Shown here: positions 44,951 to 53,737 of the stretch, piece by piece
How the letters are laid out: each line of letters opens with the position of its first letter
Position numbering within the stretch: position 1 is the stretch's first letter
Origin: Candidatus Undivivens industriae
Lineage (GTDB): Bacteria; Omnitrophota; Gorgyraeia; Gygaellales; Profunditerraquicolaceae
Assembly (NCBI GenBank): GCA_012514745.1
Contig: JAAYZR010000007.1
Location: forward strand, 1-53,737
Length of the DNA stretch: 53,737 nt
Direction: 5' to 3'
Translations under genes and position numbers: made by a program
The notes under the pieces: generated by a model
The model's input: only the letters and a program-made list of their open reading frames with translations
What the model was told of the DNA's origin: nothing
The model's database searches: none

Positions 44951-45087
44951 GTTTTTTATCGTCGGGCGGCCGATGAAATTCGTCGCGGCTTCGCCGCTTT
45001 TGCGGAGGCAGACCGAAAAGCGGCGTATTCCCGGCCTGAATAATCAATTTGAAACTCCGCTTCCCGAAGACCGTTTTTGCTCCGCTT

Positions 45088-45124
45088 AAAATAAAAACCC
45101 GCTTCCCCTGGAAAGGGAAGCGGG
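45088..45124 (-). terminator. Rho-independent terminator after rpsI
   Basis: Minus strand: CCCGCTTCCC-TTTCCAG-GGGAAGCGGG followed by TTTTTATTTT. Confidence 0.88.
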
Positions 45125-45153
45125 CAAGATTACCGCCTGATTTAAGGATCTAT

Positions 45154-45549
45154 TTACCTCTTGGTCCACTGGAAACGTTTACGCGCCCCCTTCTGTCCGG
45201 CCTTCTTTCTTTCCTTCATCCTGGGATCCCTGGTAAGAAAACCCTGCCTGCGCAAGAGCTCTTTCGTATCCGGATCGGACTGCACCAAAGCCCTGGAAAT
45301 ACCGTGGCGCAAAGCCCCGGCCTGCCCGGTCAGCCCGCCGCCCCGTATATTCGCCACTATATCATACTTGGTGGAAACACCAAGTACTACCAGCGGCTGC
45401 TTGGCGAGAATCCTGTCGGTCTCTCTTATAAAGTAATTGTCAAAAGGCCTTTTGTTCACCGTAATAGCCCCGCTGCCGGGTAATAACTGCACCCTGGCTA
45501 TAGCTTCTTTACGTCTTCCCACAGAAATAAATTTTGTCACGTTGTCCAT
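45154..45549 (-). CDS. rpsI: 30S ribosomal protein S9
   Basis: 131 aa with GGGLTGQAGALRHGISRAL and the C-terminal RKKAGQKGARKRFQWTKR. Confidence 0.98.
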   Translation of the reverse strand: MDNVTKFISVGRRKEAIARVQLLPGSGAITVNKRPFDNYFIRETDRILAKQPLVVLGVSTKYDIVANIRGGGLTGQAGALRHGISRALVQSDPDTKELLRRQGFLTRDPRMKERKKAGQKGARKRFQWTKR

Positions 45550-45601
45550 ATTCTTCCAAACCCTTCCGTTTTTCTCTGCCGGCTTCCGCGGCAGCTATTC
45601 A

Positions 45602-46033
45602 CTAAAATTCGAGAACCGCCGGCTGCTGCGAATGCTGTTTATGCGTCTCTCCGGCGTAAACTTTAAGTTTTTTGATAAGATCCCTGCCCAGCGGACCGCC
45701 GGGCAGCATTCTCTGCACGGCCAATCTGACCACCATCTCCGGCTTTTTCGCCAGCATCGTCTCCAGGGGAACCTGTTTAAGCCCTCCCGGGTAACCGGAA
45801 TAACGGCTGTAAACCTTCTGTTTCATCTTGCGTCCCGTGATCTTCACCTTGGCGGCGTTGATCACGATAACGCCGTCGCCGGCGTCCATGCTGGGAGAAA
45901 ATATCGCCTTATGCTTTCCCCTCAACACTATCGCTATCCTGGTCGCCATCCTGCCCAGAACCTTCTCCTTGGCATCGACCAGATACCATTTACGCTTAAC
46001 ATCTTCTTTACGAGTTACGTATGTTTTGTTCAT
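45602..46033 (-). CDS. rplM: 50S ribosomal protein L13
   Basis: 143 aa: KWYLVDAKEKVLGRMATRIAIVLRGKHK. Confidence 0.98.
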   Translation of the reverse strand: MNKTYVTRKEDVKRKWYLVDAKEKVLGRMATRIAIVLRGKHKAIFSPSMDAGDGVIVINAAKVKITGRKMKQKVYSRYSGYPGGLKQVPLETMLAKKPEMVVRLAVQRMLPGGPLGRDLIKKLKVYAGETHKQHSQQPAVLEF

Positions 46034-46111
46034 AACACTTTCCCGTGTTGATTGTTACGTTTCAGGCAAATGACGCCCATGTTTAGCTGTAATCCCTATC
46101 AAGAAAAGATG

Positions 46112-46140
46112 ATATTATCACAGAAAGATCATCCCGTCAA
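46112..46140 (-). promoter_or_regulatory. Candidate sigma70 promoter TTGACG-N17-(TGa)TAATAT upstream of rplM-rpsI
   Basis: The -35 is the reverse complement of 46135-46140 and the -10 is the reverse complement of 46112-46117, with a TG extended -10 element. Confidence 0.55.
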
Positions 46141-46176
46141 TGTTTTTTATCGCGGTTTTTTTATCGCCGGAGACCT

Positions 46177-46956
46177 TCAATATTTAACTTCCACAAGGCA
46201 TAACCCGCATGCCGGGGCTGACTGCCCGGCGAACCTGCGATCCTGCGACTCCAGTATCCCGGCCGTGCTGCCGGCCGGCAATCTGCCCCTGCCGATATCA
46301 ATCAGGGTCCCGGCTATGTTCCTGGCCATATTGTACAGGAAACCATCCGCCTTCATATCTATGGAAATAATGCCGTCTGCGCGGTCGAGCTTCACCTCGA
46401 CAGAGAACATGTTTCGCACCGTTCCTCCCTTGCGGGGAGAACCTGCGTTCTGGAAAGCCCTGAAATCATGTCTGCCGCGTAATTCCCGCGCTTCCCTGCG
46501 CATCAAATCCACGTCAAGCTTATAAGAACAATGGTGCACCTTGCCCCTGAGCAGCGCCGGGGGCGCCCTTCGGTTAAGGATGGAATAACGGTAATGCTTG
46601 CTTTTTGCCGAGAACCTGCTGTGAAAAGCGCCGGGAACATCCTCAACGGAAAGCACCGATATGTCGCCGGGAAGAAAAGCGTTCAAGGCGTGCTGTATCC
46701 TGTCGCAGGAAAGCTTTGAAGATATCCGGAAGTTGGCGACCTGTCCGCGGGCGTGCACTCCGGCGTCGGTGCGCCCGGCCCCGGTCAGACGCGCTTCACG
46801 GCCGAAGAGCCTGCGCAGCGCCGCCGACACGGACCGCTCCACCGTCTTCTCCCCTTTTGCTTTCTCTTTCCGGTTCTGTCTCTGCCAGCCGGAATAACGG
46901 CCGCCGTCGTATTCAAGCACCAATTTTATGTTGCGCTGTTCGGTTAACGGAGGCAT
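46177..46956 (-). CDS. truA: tRNA pseudouridine(38-40) synthase
   Basis: It has the catalytic GAGRTDAGVHA motif. Confidence 0.95.
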   Translation of the reverse strand: MPPLTEQRNIKLVLEYDGGRYSGWQRQNRKEKAKGEKTVERSVSAALRRLFGREARLTGAGRTDAGVHARGQVANFRISSKLSCDRIQHALNAFLPGDISVLSVEDVPGAFHSRFSAKSKHYRYSILNRRAPPALLRGKVHHCSYKLDVDLMRREARELRGRHDFRAFQNAGSPRKGGTVRNMFSVEVKLDRADGIISIDMKADGFLYNMARNIAGTLIDIGRGRLPAGSTAGILESQDRRFAGQSAPACGLCLVEVKY

Positions 46957-46988
46957 ATCTTTCCAGAAGGCAGGCCGGCGGATGACTT

Positions 46989-48008
46989 TTATTGCCCGCT
47001 CAATATTTCCGCTATCTGCACGGCGTTGGCCGCCGCGCCCTTACGCAGGTTATCCGCCACGACCCATAGCCAGAAACCGTTTTTCACGAACGGATCGCGC
47101 CTGACCCTGCCCACGAAGACCTCATCCCTGCCGAGGACGTCTTTAGGCATAGGGTAAAGTCCTCCCGCCGGATCGTCGGCCATAATGATTCCGGGCGCGC
47201 CGGAGAGGGTTTCCTTGATCTGCGCCGCGTCGGCGTCGCGGGAAGTCTCCAGATAAACCGCCTCGGAATGACCGGTCATCACCGGGACTCGCACGGTGGT
47301 TGCGGAGATGCATATCTTGTCGTCATGCATTATCTTATGCGTTTCCTTGACCAGCTTCCATTCCTCGGAAGTATAGTCGTCTTCGGCAAAACCGCCTATA
47401 TGCGGAAAAACGTTGAACCCAAGCTGCTGCGGCATAGACTGTTCCGCAGCCGCCAGGCCGCGGATATCGAACCCGTTACGCACCGCTTGCGACGTTTCTT
47501 CTTTAAGCTGTTCGACCGCGCCTTTACCGGCGCCGGATGCGGCCTGGAGAGTGGTAACCACCACCCTTTTGACCCCGAAAGCCTTATAGATCGGAGAAAG
47601 GGCCACGACCATCTGAATAGTGGAACAATTAGGATTGGCTACGATTCCTTTATGCTTTAGGGCATCCTGCGGGTTGACTTCCGGGACCACCAGCGGAACG
47701 TCCTTTTTCATACGAAAATCCGCTCCGTTGTCGATGACCACCGCCCCGCGCTTCACCGCTTCGGGCGCGAATGTGACCGCCGCTCCTTTTTCCCCCTCGG
47801 TGCCGGCGAACAGCGCGAAATCTATTCCCTCGAAACATTCCGGAGCGACAGCCTTTACCGCGTAAGTCGTCCCATCGACCCGCATATCACGATTGGAACG
47901 GGCCAGCACGCTCAATTCCTTCACCGGGAATTTCCTGTCTTTCAGGCAGCGCAGCATCTCCACGCCTACGACGCCGGCGCCCACGACGCACACATTATAT
48001 TTTTTCAT
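46989..48008 (-). CDS. asd: Aspartate-semialdehyde dehydrogenase
   Basis: It has VVGAGVVG and the active-site NPNCSTI. Confidence 0.96.
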   Translation of the reverse strand: MKKYNVCVVGAGVVGVEMLRCLKDRKFPVKELSVLARSNRDMRVDGTTYAVKAVAPECFEGIDFALFAGTEGEKGAAVTFAPEAVKRGAVVIDNGADFRMKKDVPLVVPEVNPQDALKHKGIVANPNCSTIQMVVALSPIYKAFGVKRVVVTTLQAASGAGKGAVEQLKEETSQAVRNGFDIRGLAAAEQSMPQQLGFNVFPHIGGFAEDDYTSEEWKLVKETHKIMHDDKICISATTVRVPVMTGHSEAVYLETSRDADAAQIKETLSGAPGIIMADDPAGGLYPMPKDVLGRDEVFVGRVRRDPFVKNGFWLWVVADNLRKGAAANAVQIAEILSGQ

Positions 48009-48126
48009 TTTATGTTGGACCTCCGTTAGCGCGCTGTAAAACCGCTTCCAGCATTAGATCGCGCAGAGTAGTCGAAAATCGAAAACCAAAAAAATAAACA
48101 CTTGCTTTACAACACAGGCAAAAACG

Positions 48127-49191
48127 CTATTTAAGATCCTTGACCACAAGGTCGCCGATCTCCGTGGTAGAATAGCCCATCCTGCCCGCCGCCAGCGAAG
48201 AGAGGTCCTCCTTGACGATCTTTATCACAGCCCGCTCGATCGAGGCTGCCGCCTCGCCTTCTCCAAGAGTCTCCAGCATCATGGACACGGCGCAGACGGC
48301 CGCCAAAGGATTAATCACGTTCTGCCCGGTATATTTGGGAGCCGAACCGCCGATCGGCTCGAACATCGACACGCCCTGCGGGTTTATGTTCCCGCCGGCG
48401 GCGATGCCCATGCCGCCCTGGATCATCGCGCCCAGATCGGTGATTATATCGCCGAAAATGTTGTCCGTTACTATCACGTCGAACCACTCCGGGTTCTTGA
48501 CGAACCACATCGTGGTGGCGTCCACGTGGGCGTAATCGGTCTTGATATCGGGATATTCCCGGCCGACCTCCTCAAAAACCCTGCGCCAGAGATCCCAGGC
48601 GTAGGTGAGGACATTGGTCTTCCCGCAGAGAGTCAGCTTTTTTCTCTTATCGCGCCTGCGGCAGTATTCATAGGCGTATCTGACGCAGCGTTCTACTCCT
48701 TTGCGCGTATTATAGGATATCTGAGTGGCAATTTCATCTTTCGTCCCCTTGCCGATGAACTCACCCATACCTTTGTACAAACCTTCGGAATTTTCCCGCA
48801 CAACCACGAAATCTATATCTTCCGGCCTTTTATCCTTCAAAGGGCAGAATTTTTCGTTATACAACCTCACGGGACGCAGGTTGATGTATTGGTCAAGGGA
48901 AAACCTCAACTTAAGCAGTATGCCGGTCTCCAGTATTCCCGGTTTGACGTCCGGGTGGCCTATAGCTCCCAGATAAATGGCGGAATACCCCTTCAGTTCC
49001 GCGATGTCTGAATCCTCCAGGGTCTTCCCTGTCTTGAGGTATCTTTCTCCGCCGAAATCGAACATCTTCCTGGTGTATGAAAACCCGAATTTCGCGGAAG
49101 CCGCTTCGAGGACTTTCAACCCTTCCGCCACCACTTCCGGTCCGGTGCCGTCGCCCGGAATCACGGCTATATCGTAATTGCGCTTTCCCAT
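48127..49191 (-). CDS. leuB: 3-isopropylmalate dehydrogenase (isocitrate/isopropylmalate dehydrogenase family)
   Basis: It has IPGDGTGPEV and NIFGDIITDLGA and follows leuCD. The start is at MGKRNYD, with GAGGGG 5 nt upstream. Confidence 0.88.
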   Translation of the reverse strand: MGKRNYDIAVIPGDGTGPEVVAEGLKVLEAASAKFGFSYTRKMFDFGGERYLKTGKTLEDSDIAELKGYSAIYLGAIGHPDVKPGILETGILLKLRFSLDQYINLRPVRLYNEKFCPLKDKRPEDIDFVVVRENSEGLYKGMGEFIGKGTKDEIATQISYNTRKGVERCVRYAYEYCRRRDKRKKLTLCGKTNVLTYAWDLWRRVFEEVGREYPDIKTDYAHVDATTMWFVKNPEWFDVIVTDNIFGDIITDLGAMIQGGMGIAAGGNINPQGVSMFEPIGGSAPKYTGQNVINPLAAVCAVSMMLETLGEGEAAASIERAVIKIVKEDLSSLAAGRMGYSTTEIGDLVVKDLK

Positions 49192-49193
49192 TT

Positions 49194-49430
49194 CTACCCC
49201 TCTTCTATGCATTTGATGAACGCTTTATTCAATATCAGCGTGTTGCGCCGCGTCGGTATCTTGAAGAAACCGGAACTGACGGTCACGCCGGTGACGACTA
49301 TGAACTCTCTTTTGTCGTCGTTGATAAAATCCTGCAGTCTTTCTCCCTGGTTTATGTAGATGGTCCCGCGCACGGATGAAAAATCATTACAATGGATGGT
49401 TACCAGCTTCTTCTCCTTTTCCACCTTCAT
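49194..49430 (-). CDS. Small hypothetical protein (78 aa) between leuD and leuB
   Basis: The open frame is MKVEKEKKLVTIHCNDFSSVRGTIYINQGERLQDFINDDKREFIVVTGV.... Its TAG stop is 2 nt before the leuB ATG, and the last codons carry the leuB SD. I recognise no family. Confidence 0.5.
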   Translation of the reverse strand: MKVEKEKKLVTIHCNDFSSVRGTIYINQGERLQDFINDDKREFIVVTGVTVSSGFFKIPTRRNTLILNKAFIKCIEEG

Positions 49431-49923
49431 TTTTCTTCTCCTGTTTTGCGGTAACGTAATTGATCAATCCGCCTTTTTCCACGATGCCCCTGAGGAACGC
49501 CGGGAAAGGCCTCGTCCGGTATTTCCGGGAGGTCGTCAAGTCGCTTATCTGGCCGGAGCCGAGGTCTATCTCTATGACGTCGCCTTCGGAGATCTCGCCG
49601 GTATCCTGCAGTTCCACAAAGGGCAGGCCGATATTTATGGCGTTGCGGAAGAATATCCCGGCAAAGCTCTTCGCCACCACGGCCGCCACCCCGCAGCCCT
49701 TTAACGCCAGCGGGGCGTGTTCGCGGGAAGAACCGCAGCCGAAATTTTTACCGGCCACGATGATGTCCCCTTTGCCTACTTTAAGCGGGAAATCCGGGGA
49801 GATATTCTCCATGCAATGCTTACCGAGTTCTGCGGGATCCGTGGTGACCAGGTATTTTGCCGCTATTATATCGTCGGTATTGACATCGTCGCCGAATTTA
49901 TGCACCGCGCCCTTTATCAACAT
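49387..49923 (-). CDS. leuD: 3-isopropylmalate dehydratase small subunit
   Basis: It has GKNFGCGSSREHA and starts immediately after the leuC stop. Confidence 0.92.
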   Translation of the reverse strand: MLIKGAVHKFGDDVNTDDIIAAKYLVTTDPAELGKHCMENISPDFPLKVGKGDIIVAGKNFGCGSSREHAPLALKGCGVAAVVAKSFAGIFFRNAINIGLPFVELQDTGEISEGDVIEIDLGSGQISDLTTSRKYRTRPFPAFLRGIVEKGGLINYVTAKQEKKNEGGKGEEAGNHPL

Positions 49924-51204
49924 TTAGATCTCCTCCGGATGAGTGATACGCCCGGTGACCGCGGAAGCGGCCGCCACCGCCGGATTGGACAGATAAACGA
50001 ACGATTTCGGACTGCCCATCCTGCCGATGAAATTACGGTTGGTAGTGGCGACGCACGTTTCGCCCTCGGCCAGTATCCCGACGTGCCCTCCGAGACAGGG
50101 GCCGCAGGTCGGGGTGGAGAACACTCCTCCGGCGGAAACGAATATGCCCGCCAACCCTTCGGCCGCGGCCTGCATATATATCTTCTGGGTCGCCGGTATA
50201 ACTATCAACCGCACGCCCGCTTTGACCTTTTTCCCTTTTAACAGCCGCGCGGCCGTTCTTAAGTCGGATATCCTGCCGTTTGTGCAGGAACCGATAACCA
50301 CTTGATCGACCTTAACCTTGCCCAGTTTGTCCGCCGGTTGGACGTTCTCCGGCAAATGCGGACAAGCCACCTGCGGCTGCATGCCGCTGATGTCCCATTC
50401 ATAGATCTTCTCATAGGAAGCGTCGGGATCGGAATGAAGTGCCGACCATTGCCTGCGTTCTTTAACCCCGGCCTTGCGCCCGGTTTCCGCCACGTAATCG
50501 AAAGTTATCTCATCCGGCTCGATCAAACCGGCCCTTCCGCCGGCCTCGATAGCCATATTGGACATTGAAAACCTGTCGTCCATGGGAAGATTCTTTATTA
50601 CCGGACCGGCAAATTCCATCACCCTGTAGATAGCTCCGTCCACGCCGATCTGCCCGATGGTGAACAGGACAAGATCCTTCCCTCCCGCCCATTTGTTCCT
50701 TTTTCCTTTATAAACGAATTTAACGGTCGGCGGCACCTTGAACCAGCACTTACCGTCTATATAAGCACGGGCGAGATCGGTGGAACCGATGCCGGTGGCG
50801 TAAGCGCCGAGCGCCCCGTAGGTGCAGGTATGAGAATCGGCGCCGATAACCAGATTGCCGGGAACGACCAACCCTTTCTCCGGCAGCAAGGCGTGCTCTA
50901 TCCCCATCCGCCCCACTTCAAAATAATTCTTTATCTTCTGGCAGGAGGCGAAATCCGCCAGCACCTTACACTGATTGGCGCTGCGCAGGTCCTTCGCCGG
51001 GGCGAAATGATCGGGGACCAATACGATCTTGTTCTTGTCGAAAACGCGTTCCGCTCCGGATTTACGGAATTCCTCTATAGCCAGCGGAGCCGTTATATCG
51101 TTGCCGAGCGCCAGATCGACCTTTGCCTCGATGAAATCGCCCGGTTTGATATCTTTGACGCCGGCATGCGCCTTTAGTATCTTTTCACCTATCGTATATC
51201 CCAT
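49924..51204 (-). CDS. leuC: 3-isopropylmalate dehydratase large subunit (short, archaeal/HacA-like type)
   Basis: 426 aa with the aconitase-family motifs GADSHT and IGSCTNGR. Confidence 0.93.
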   Translation of the reverse strand: MGYTIGEKILKAHAGVKDIKPGDFIEAKVDLALGNDITAPLAIEEFRKSGAERVFDKNKIVLVPDHFAPAKDLRSANQCKVLADFASCQKIKNYFEVGRMGIEHALLPEKGLVVPGNLVIGADSHTCTYGALGAYATGIGSTDLARAYIDGKCWFKVPPTVKFVYKGKRNKWAGGKDLVLFTIGQIGVDGAIYRVMEFAGPVIKNLPMDDRFSMSNMAIEAGGRAGLIEPDEITFDYVAETGRKAGVKERRQWSALHSDPDASYEKIYEWDISGMQPQVACPHLPENVQPADKLGKVKVDQVVIGSCTNGRISDLRTAARLLKGKKVKAGVRLIVIPATQKIYMQAAAEGLAGIFVSAGGVFSTPTCGPCLGGHVGILAEGETCVATTNRNFIGRMGSPKSFVYLSNPAVAAASAVTGRITHPEEI

Positions 51205-51219
51205 ATCTTCCTTCGTTCG

Positions 51220-52467
51220 TTATCCCTTGAACTGCCTGACCACCAGACTGGCATTATGCCCGCCGAAACCGAGGGAATTGGACATCGCCGCCTTCACTTT
51301 ATGTTCCCGGGCTTTATTCGGGACATAATCGAGGTCGCATTCCGGATCCGGCTCGTCGTAGTTTATAGTGGGCGGTATAACCCCGTCTCTGATGGCAAGA
51401 CAGCAGGCCAGGAACTCCACGCCGCCGGCCGCCCCCAGCAAATGTCCGGTCACGGATTTGGTGGAACTCATCATCAATTTGGAGGCGCTCGCTCCGAAAG
51501 CTTTCTTCACCGCCAGAGTCTCTATTTTGTCGTTTAGTTTGGTGGACGTGCCGTGCGCGTTTATATAATCGATGTCCTGCGGGTTCAACCCGGCGTCGCT
51601 CAAGGCCCATTTCATCGCCAGCGCAGGGCCGTAACCGCTCGGATCCGGGGCGGTAATGTGATACGCATCGCAGGACATGCCGAAACCCGCCATCTCCGCG
51701 TAAATCTTGGCGCCTCTTCTTCTGGCGTGTCCCAGATTTTCCAGCACCACGATACCGCATCCTTCCGACATTATGAACCCGTCGCGGTTGGCCTCGAAAG
51801 GCCGGCTGGCTTTTTTGGGGTCGTCATTCCTCGTAGAGAGCGCCTTAAGGGCGCAAAACCCTCCCACCCCCAGGGAAGTTATGCAACTCTCCGTCCCTCC
51901 GGCCAGTACAACATCAGCATACCCCTGCTGGATTATCCGGAAAGCGTCGCCTATGGCGTGGCTGCCTGAAGCGCAGGCGGTAGTCACGCATATATTCGGC
52001 CCCTTGAAACCGAAACGTATGGCGATGTTACCGGCAGCCTCGTTTACTATAAGCATCGGAATCAGGAAAGGAGTTATCCGCGATGGGCCGTTCTTCAACA
52101 CAACGCTGTGCTCCTCCTCTATGATCCGCAGGCTCCCGATACCGGACCCCACCACGACACCGACCCTTTCCGGGTCGCAATTATCCGAATTGATACCGGC
52201 GTCGGATACCGCTTGATAAGCCCCGGCGATGGCGTATTGCACGAACTTCTCCATGCGGTTGACTTCTTTTTTGTTGAGGCCGTACAACTGCGGCTGGAAA
52301 TCCTTGACCTCGCCGGATATCCGCGCGTCGTAAGCGGAGGCGTCGAAAACCGTCAGTTTATCTATGCCGCTTATACCTTCTTTAAGAGAACGCCAGAACG
52401 AATCGACATCATTGCCTACCGGCGAGACCACACCGAGTCCGGTAACCACTACTCTGTTTTTATCCAT
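51220..52467 (-). CDS. fabF: Beta-ketoacyl-ACP synthase II
   Basis: It has the active-site TACASGSHAIG, then HGTSTKLND and GHLLGAAG. The start is at MDKNRVVVTG, with GGAG 9 nt upstream. Confidence 0.96.
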   Translation of the reverse strand: MDKNRVVVTGLGVVSPVGNDVDSFWRSLKEGISGIDKLTVFDASAYDARISGEVKDFQPQLYGLNKKEVNRMEKFVQYAIAGAYQAVSDAGINSDNCDPERVGVVVGSGIGSLRIIEEEHSVVLKNGPSRITPFLIPMLIVNEAAGNIAIRFGFKGPNICVTTACASGSHAIGDAFRIIQQGYADVVLAGGTESCITSLGVGGFCALKALSTRNDDPKKASRPFEANRDGFIMSEGCGIVVLENLGHARRRGAKIYAEMAGFGMSCDAYHITAPDPSGYGPALAMKWALSDAGLNPQDIDYINAHGTSTKLNDKIETLAVKKAFGASASKLMMSSTKSVTGHLLGAAGGVEFLACCLAIRDGVIPPTINYDEPDPECDLDYVPNKAREHKVKAAMSNSLGFGGHNASLVVRQFKG

Positions 52468-52553
52468 AATTAACGGCTCCATTGAAAGGGTCGTTTATGC
52501 GTCTATACAGCGCCATTTGCGGAGATAAGCACATATCCGGGCGCGCCTGCTGT

Positions 52554-52594
52554 ATAAAAATTACCCCGCCGACGCGGTAAGAAGGCGGGGTAAT
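52554..52594 (-). terminator. Rho-independent terminator/attenuator between acpP and fabF
   Basis: Minus strand: ATTACCCCGCC-N13-GGCGGGGTAAT followed by TTTTTATAC. Confidence 0.8.
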
Positions 52595-52617
52595 TCGGGA
52601 CTTCTTGTCGGTAAGAC

Positions 52618-52857
52618 TTATTTACCGGCGGATTTTTCCTCAATATACTTTACGGCATCCCCTACAGTAGTGATCTTTTCCGCGTCTTCATCCGGGATTT
52701 CCACGCCGAATTCTTCTTCCAAAGCCATAACCAGCTCGACAGTATCCAGGGAATCGGCTCCCAGATCATCGACAAAAGACGCTTCAGGGGTAACCTCTTC
52801 CGGCTTAACTCCCAGCTGTTCCGCGATTATTGACTTCACCTTATCTTGAACTGACAT
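52618..52857 (-). CDS. acpP: Acyl carrier protein
   Basis: 79 aa with the phosphopantetheine site [12 protein letters not shown]. Confidence 0.97.
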   Translation of the reverse strand: MSVQDKVKSIIAEQLGVKPEEVTPEASFVDDLGADSLDTVELVMALEEEFGVEIPDEDAEKITTVGDAVKYIEEKSAGK

Positions 52858-52927
52858 GCTTTTTTCCTCCTTTTAGGATCGGACGGACGCTAATTTCCGA
52901 CTGCATCCGCCATGTTGAACGTACAAA

Positions 52928-53671
52928 CTACGCTGTTACCATTCCGCCGTCCACGACTATAGTCTGACCGGTCACGTAAGCGGACTCATCAGCGGCCAGG
53001 AACAGACAGACATTGGCGATATCCGCGGGCAGCCCGAATCTGCGCAGAGGGATCGAATCCAGCATCTTCTGTTTCAGCTCCTCGGGAAGCTTCGCCGTCA
53101 TATCCGTCTGTATGAAACCGGGGGCCACGGCATTGACATTGATGTTCCTGGAAGCCAGTTCTTTCGCCGATGTTTTAGTAAGAGCGATGATCCCGGCTTT
53201 TGACGCTGAATAATTCGCCTGACCGGGATTGCCTATCAACCCTATTATAGAAGCTATGTTGATGATTCTGCCGGAACGCTGCTTTATCATTACTTTGGAT
53301 AAAGCCTTTGTACAGTTGAAGGTGCCTTTCAAGTTCACGGAAATCACCATATCCCAGTCTTTTTCGCTCATACGAAGGAGCAAACCGTCTCTGGTAATCC
53401 CGGCATTGTTAACTAATATATCAACCTTTCCGAATTTGTCAAGGATTTTATTGACCGACTCTTCGACTTTAACACCGTCTGTTACATCGAGTTGCAATCC
53501 TAAGGCTTTTCTGCCCAGAGATTCTATCTCTTTAACGGTGGCCGCGGTAATGTCGGGGTTAATATCGCCGATTGCCACATCTGAACCCGCTTTAGCGAAA
53601 GCCAGGGCTATCTCCCTTCCTATGCCCTGAGCACCTCCGGTAACAAAAGTGACCTTCCCTTCCAGCCTCAT
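52928..53671 (-). CDS. fabG: 3-oxoacyl-ACP reductase
   Basis: It is an SDR with TGGAQGIG, NNAG and YSASKAG. The start is taken at MRLEGKV, with AAGGAG 7 nt upstream; the tracked ORF extends to 53701. Confidence 0.93.
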   Translation of the reverse strand: MRLEGKVTFVTGGAQGIGREIALAFAKAGSDVAIGDINPDITAATVKEIESLGRKALGLQLDVTDGVKVEESVNKILDKFGKVDILVNNAGITRDGLLLRMSEKDWDMVISVNLKGTFNCTKALSKVMIKQRSGRIINIASIIGLIGNPGQANYSASKAGIIALTKTSAKELASRNINVNAVAPGFIQTDMTAKLPEELKQKMLDSIPLRRFGLPADIANVCLFLAADESAYVTGQTIVVDGGMVTA

Positions 53672-53696
53672 ATCCATGCTCCTTTCATACGGATGA

Positions 53697-53730
53697 AACA
53701 CTTGCGTAATTCCTATTAACGCAAGGTGTT
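53697..53730 (-). repeat. Solitary variant of the array hairpin in the fabG leader (minus strand AACACCTTGCG-TTAATAGGAATTA-CGCAAGTGTT)
   Basis: It has the same AACACCTTGC/GCAAGTGTT stem core as the units at 96-354, with compensatory changes at the loop-proximal pairs. Confidence 0.8.
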
Positions 53731-53737
53731 AATACAA

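Overview
Chromosomal, housekeeping-rich bacterial segment of mid-to-high GC. All 56 protein genes I accept and the one tRNA lie on the minus strand, often with 1- or 4-nt start/stop overlaps. Reading along the minus strand (high to low coordinates): fabG-acpP-fabF; leuC-leuD-(78-aa unknown)-leuB; asd; truA; rplM-rpsI; argCJBDFGH; lysA-(211-aa unknown)-dapF-dapA-dapB-dapL; folK-panC-nadX-like; a small internally duplicated basic protein; uvrA; a TPR/ExbB/ExbD/TonB-like module; a Zn-ribbon/wHTH/PilX-like trio; a type IV pilus cluster (HTH, pilM-pilN fusion, pilO, pilP-like, pilQ, pilB, pilC, six prepilin-like genes); tRNA-Ala(CGC); rsmE-mtaB; cvpA; NIF3-like; dnaG-rpoD; and an orphan radical SAM/SPASM gene. 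I found no transposase, integrase, CRISPR array or rRNA. The long plus-strand ORFs are antisense shadows of recognisable minus-strand genes. The least ordinary content is non-coding. (1) Positions 96-354 hold a tandem array of 46-nt hairpin repeats. Read in gene sense, it shows GGA in every intact loop and every linker and has its own candidate promoter. It could be a CsrB/Rsm-like sponge RNA, a type III antitoxin-like repeat RNA, or a REP/BIME cluster. (2) A dispersed family of short GC-rich hairpin elements sits at or over stop codons and supplies the last codons of dnaG and dapA. Other points of interest are a duplicated lysine-rich small protein, tandem MshEN-type c-di-GMP motifs in PilB, a PilM-PilN fusion, and small unknown ORFs inside the leu and lys/dap gene strings. 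Every family call comes from reading motifs in the supplied translations; no database search was possible.
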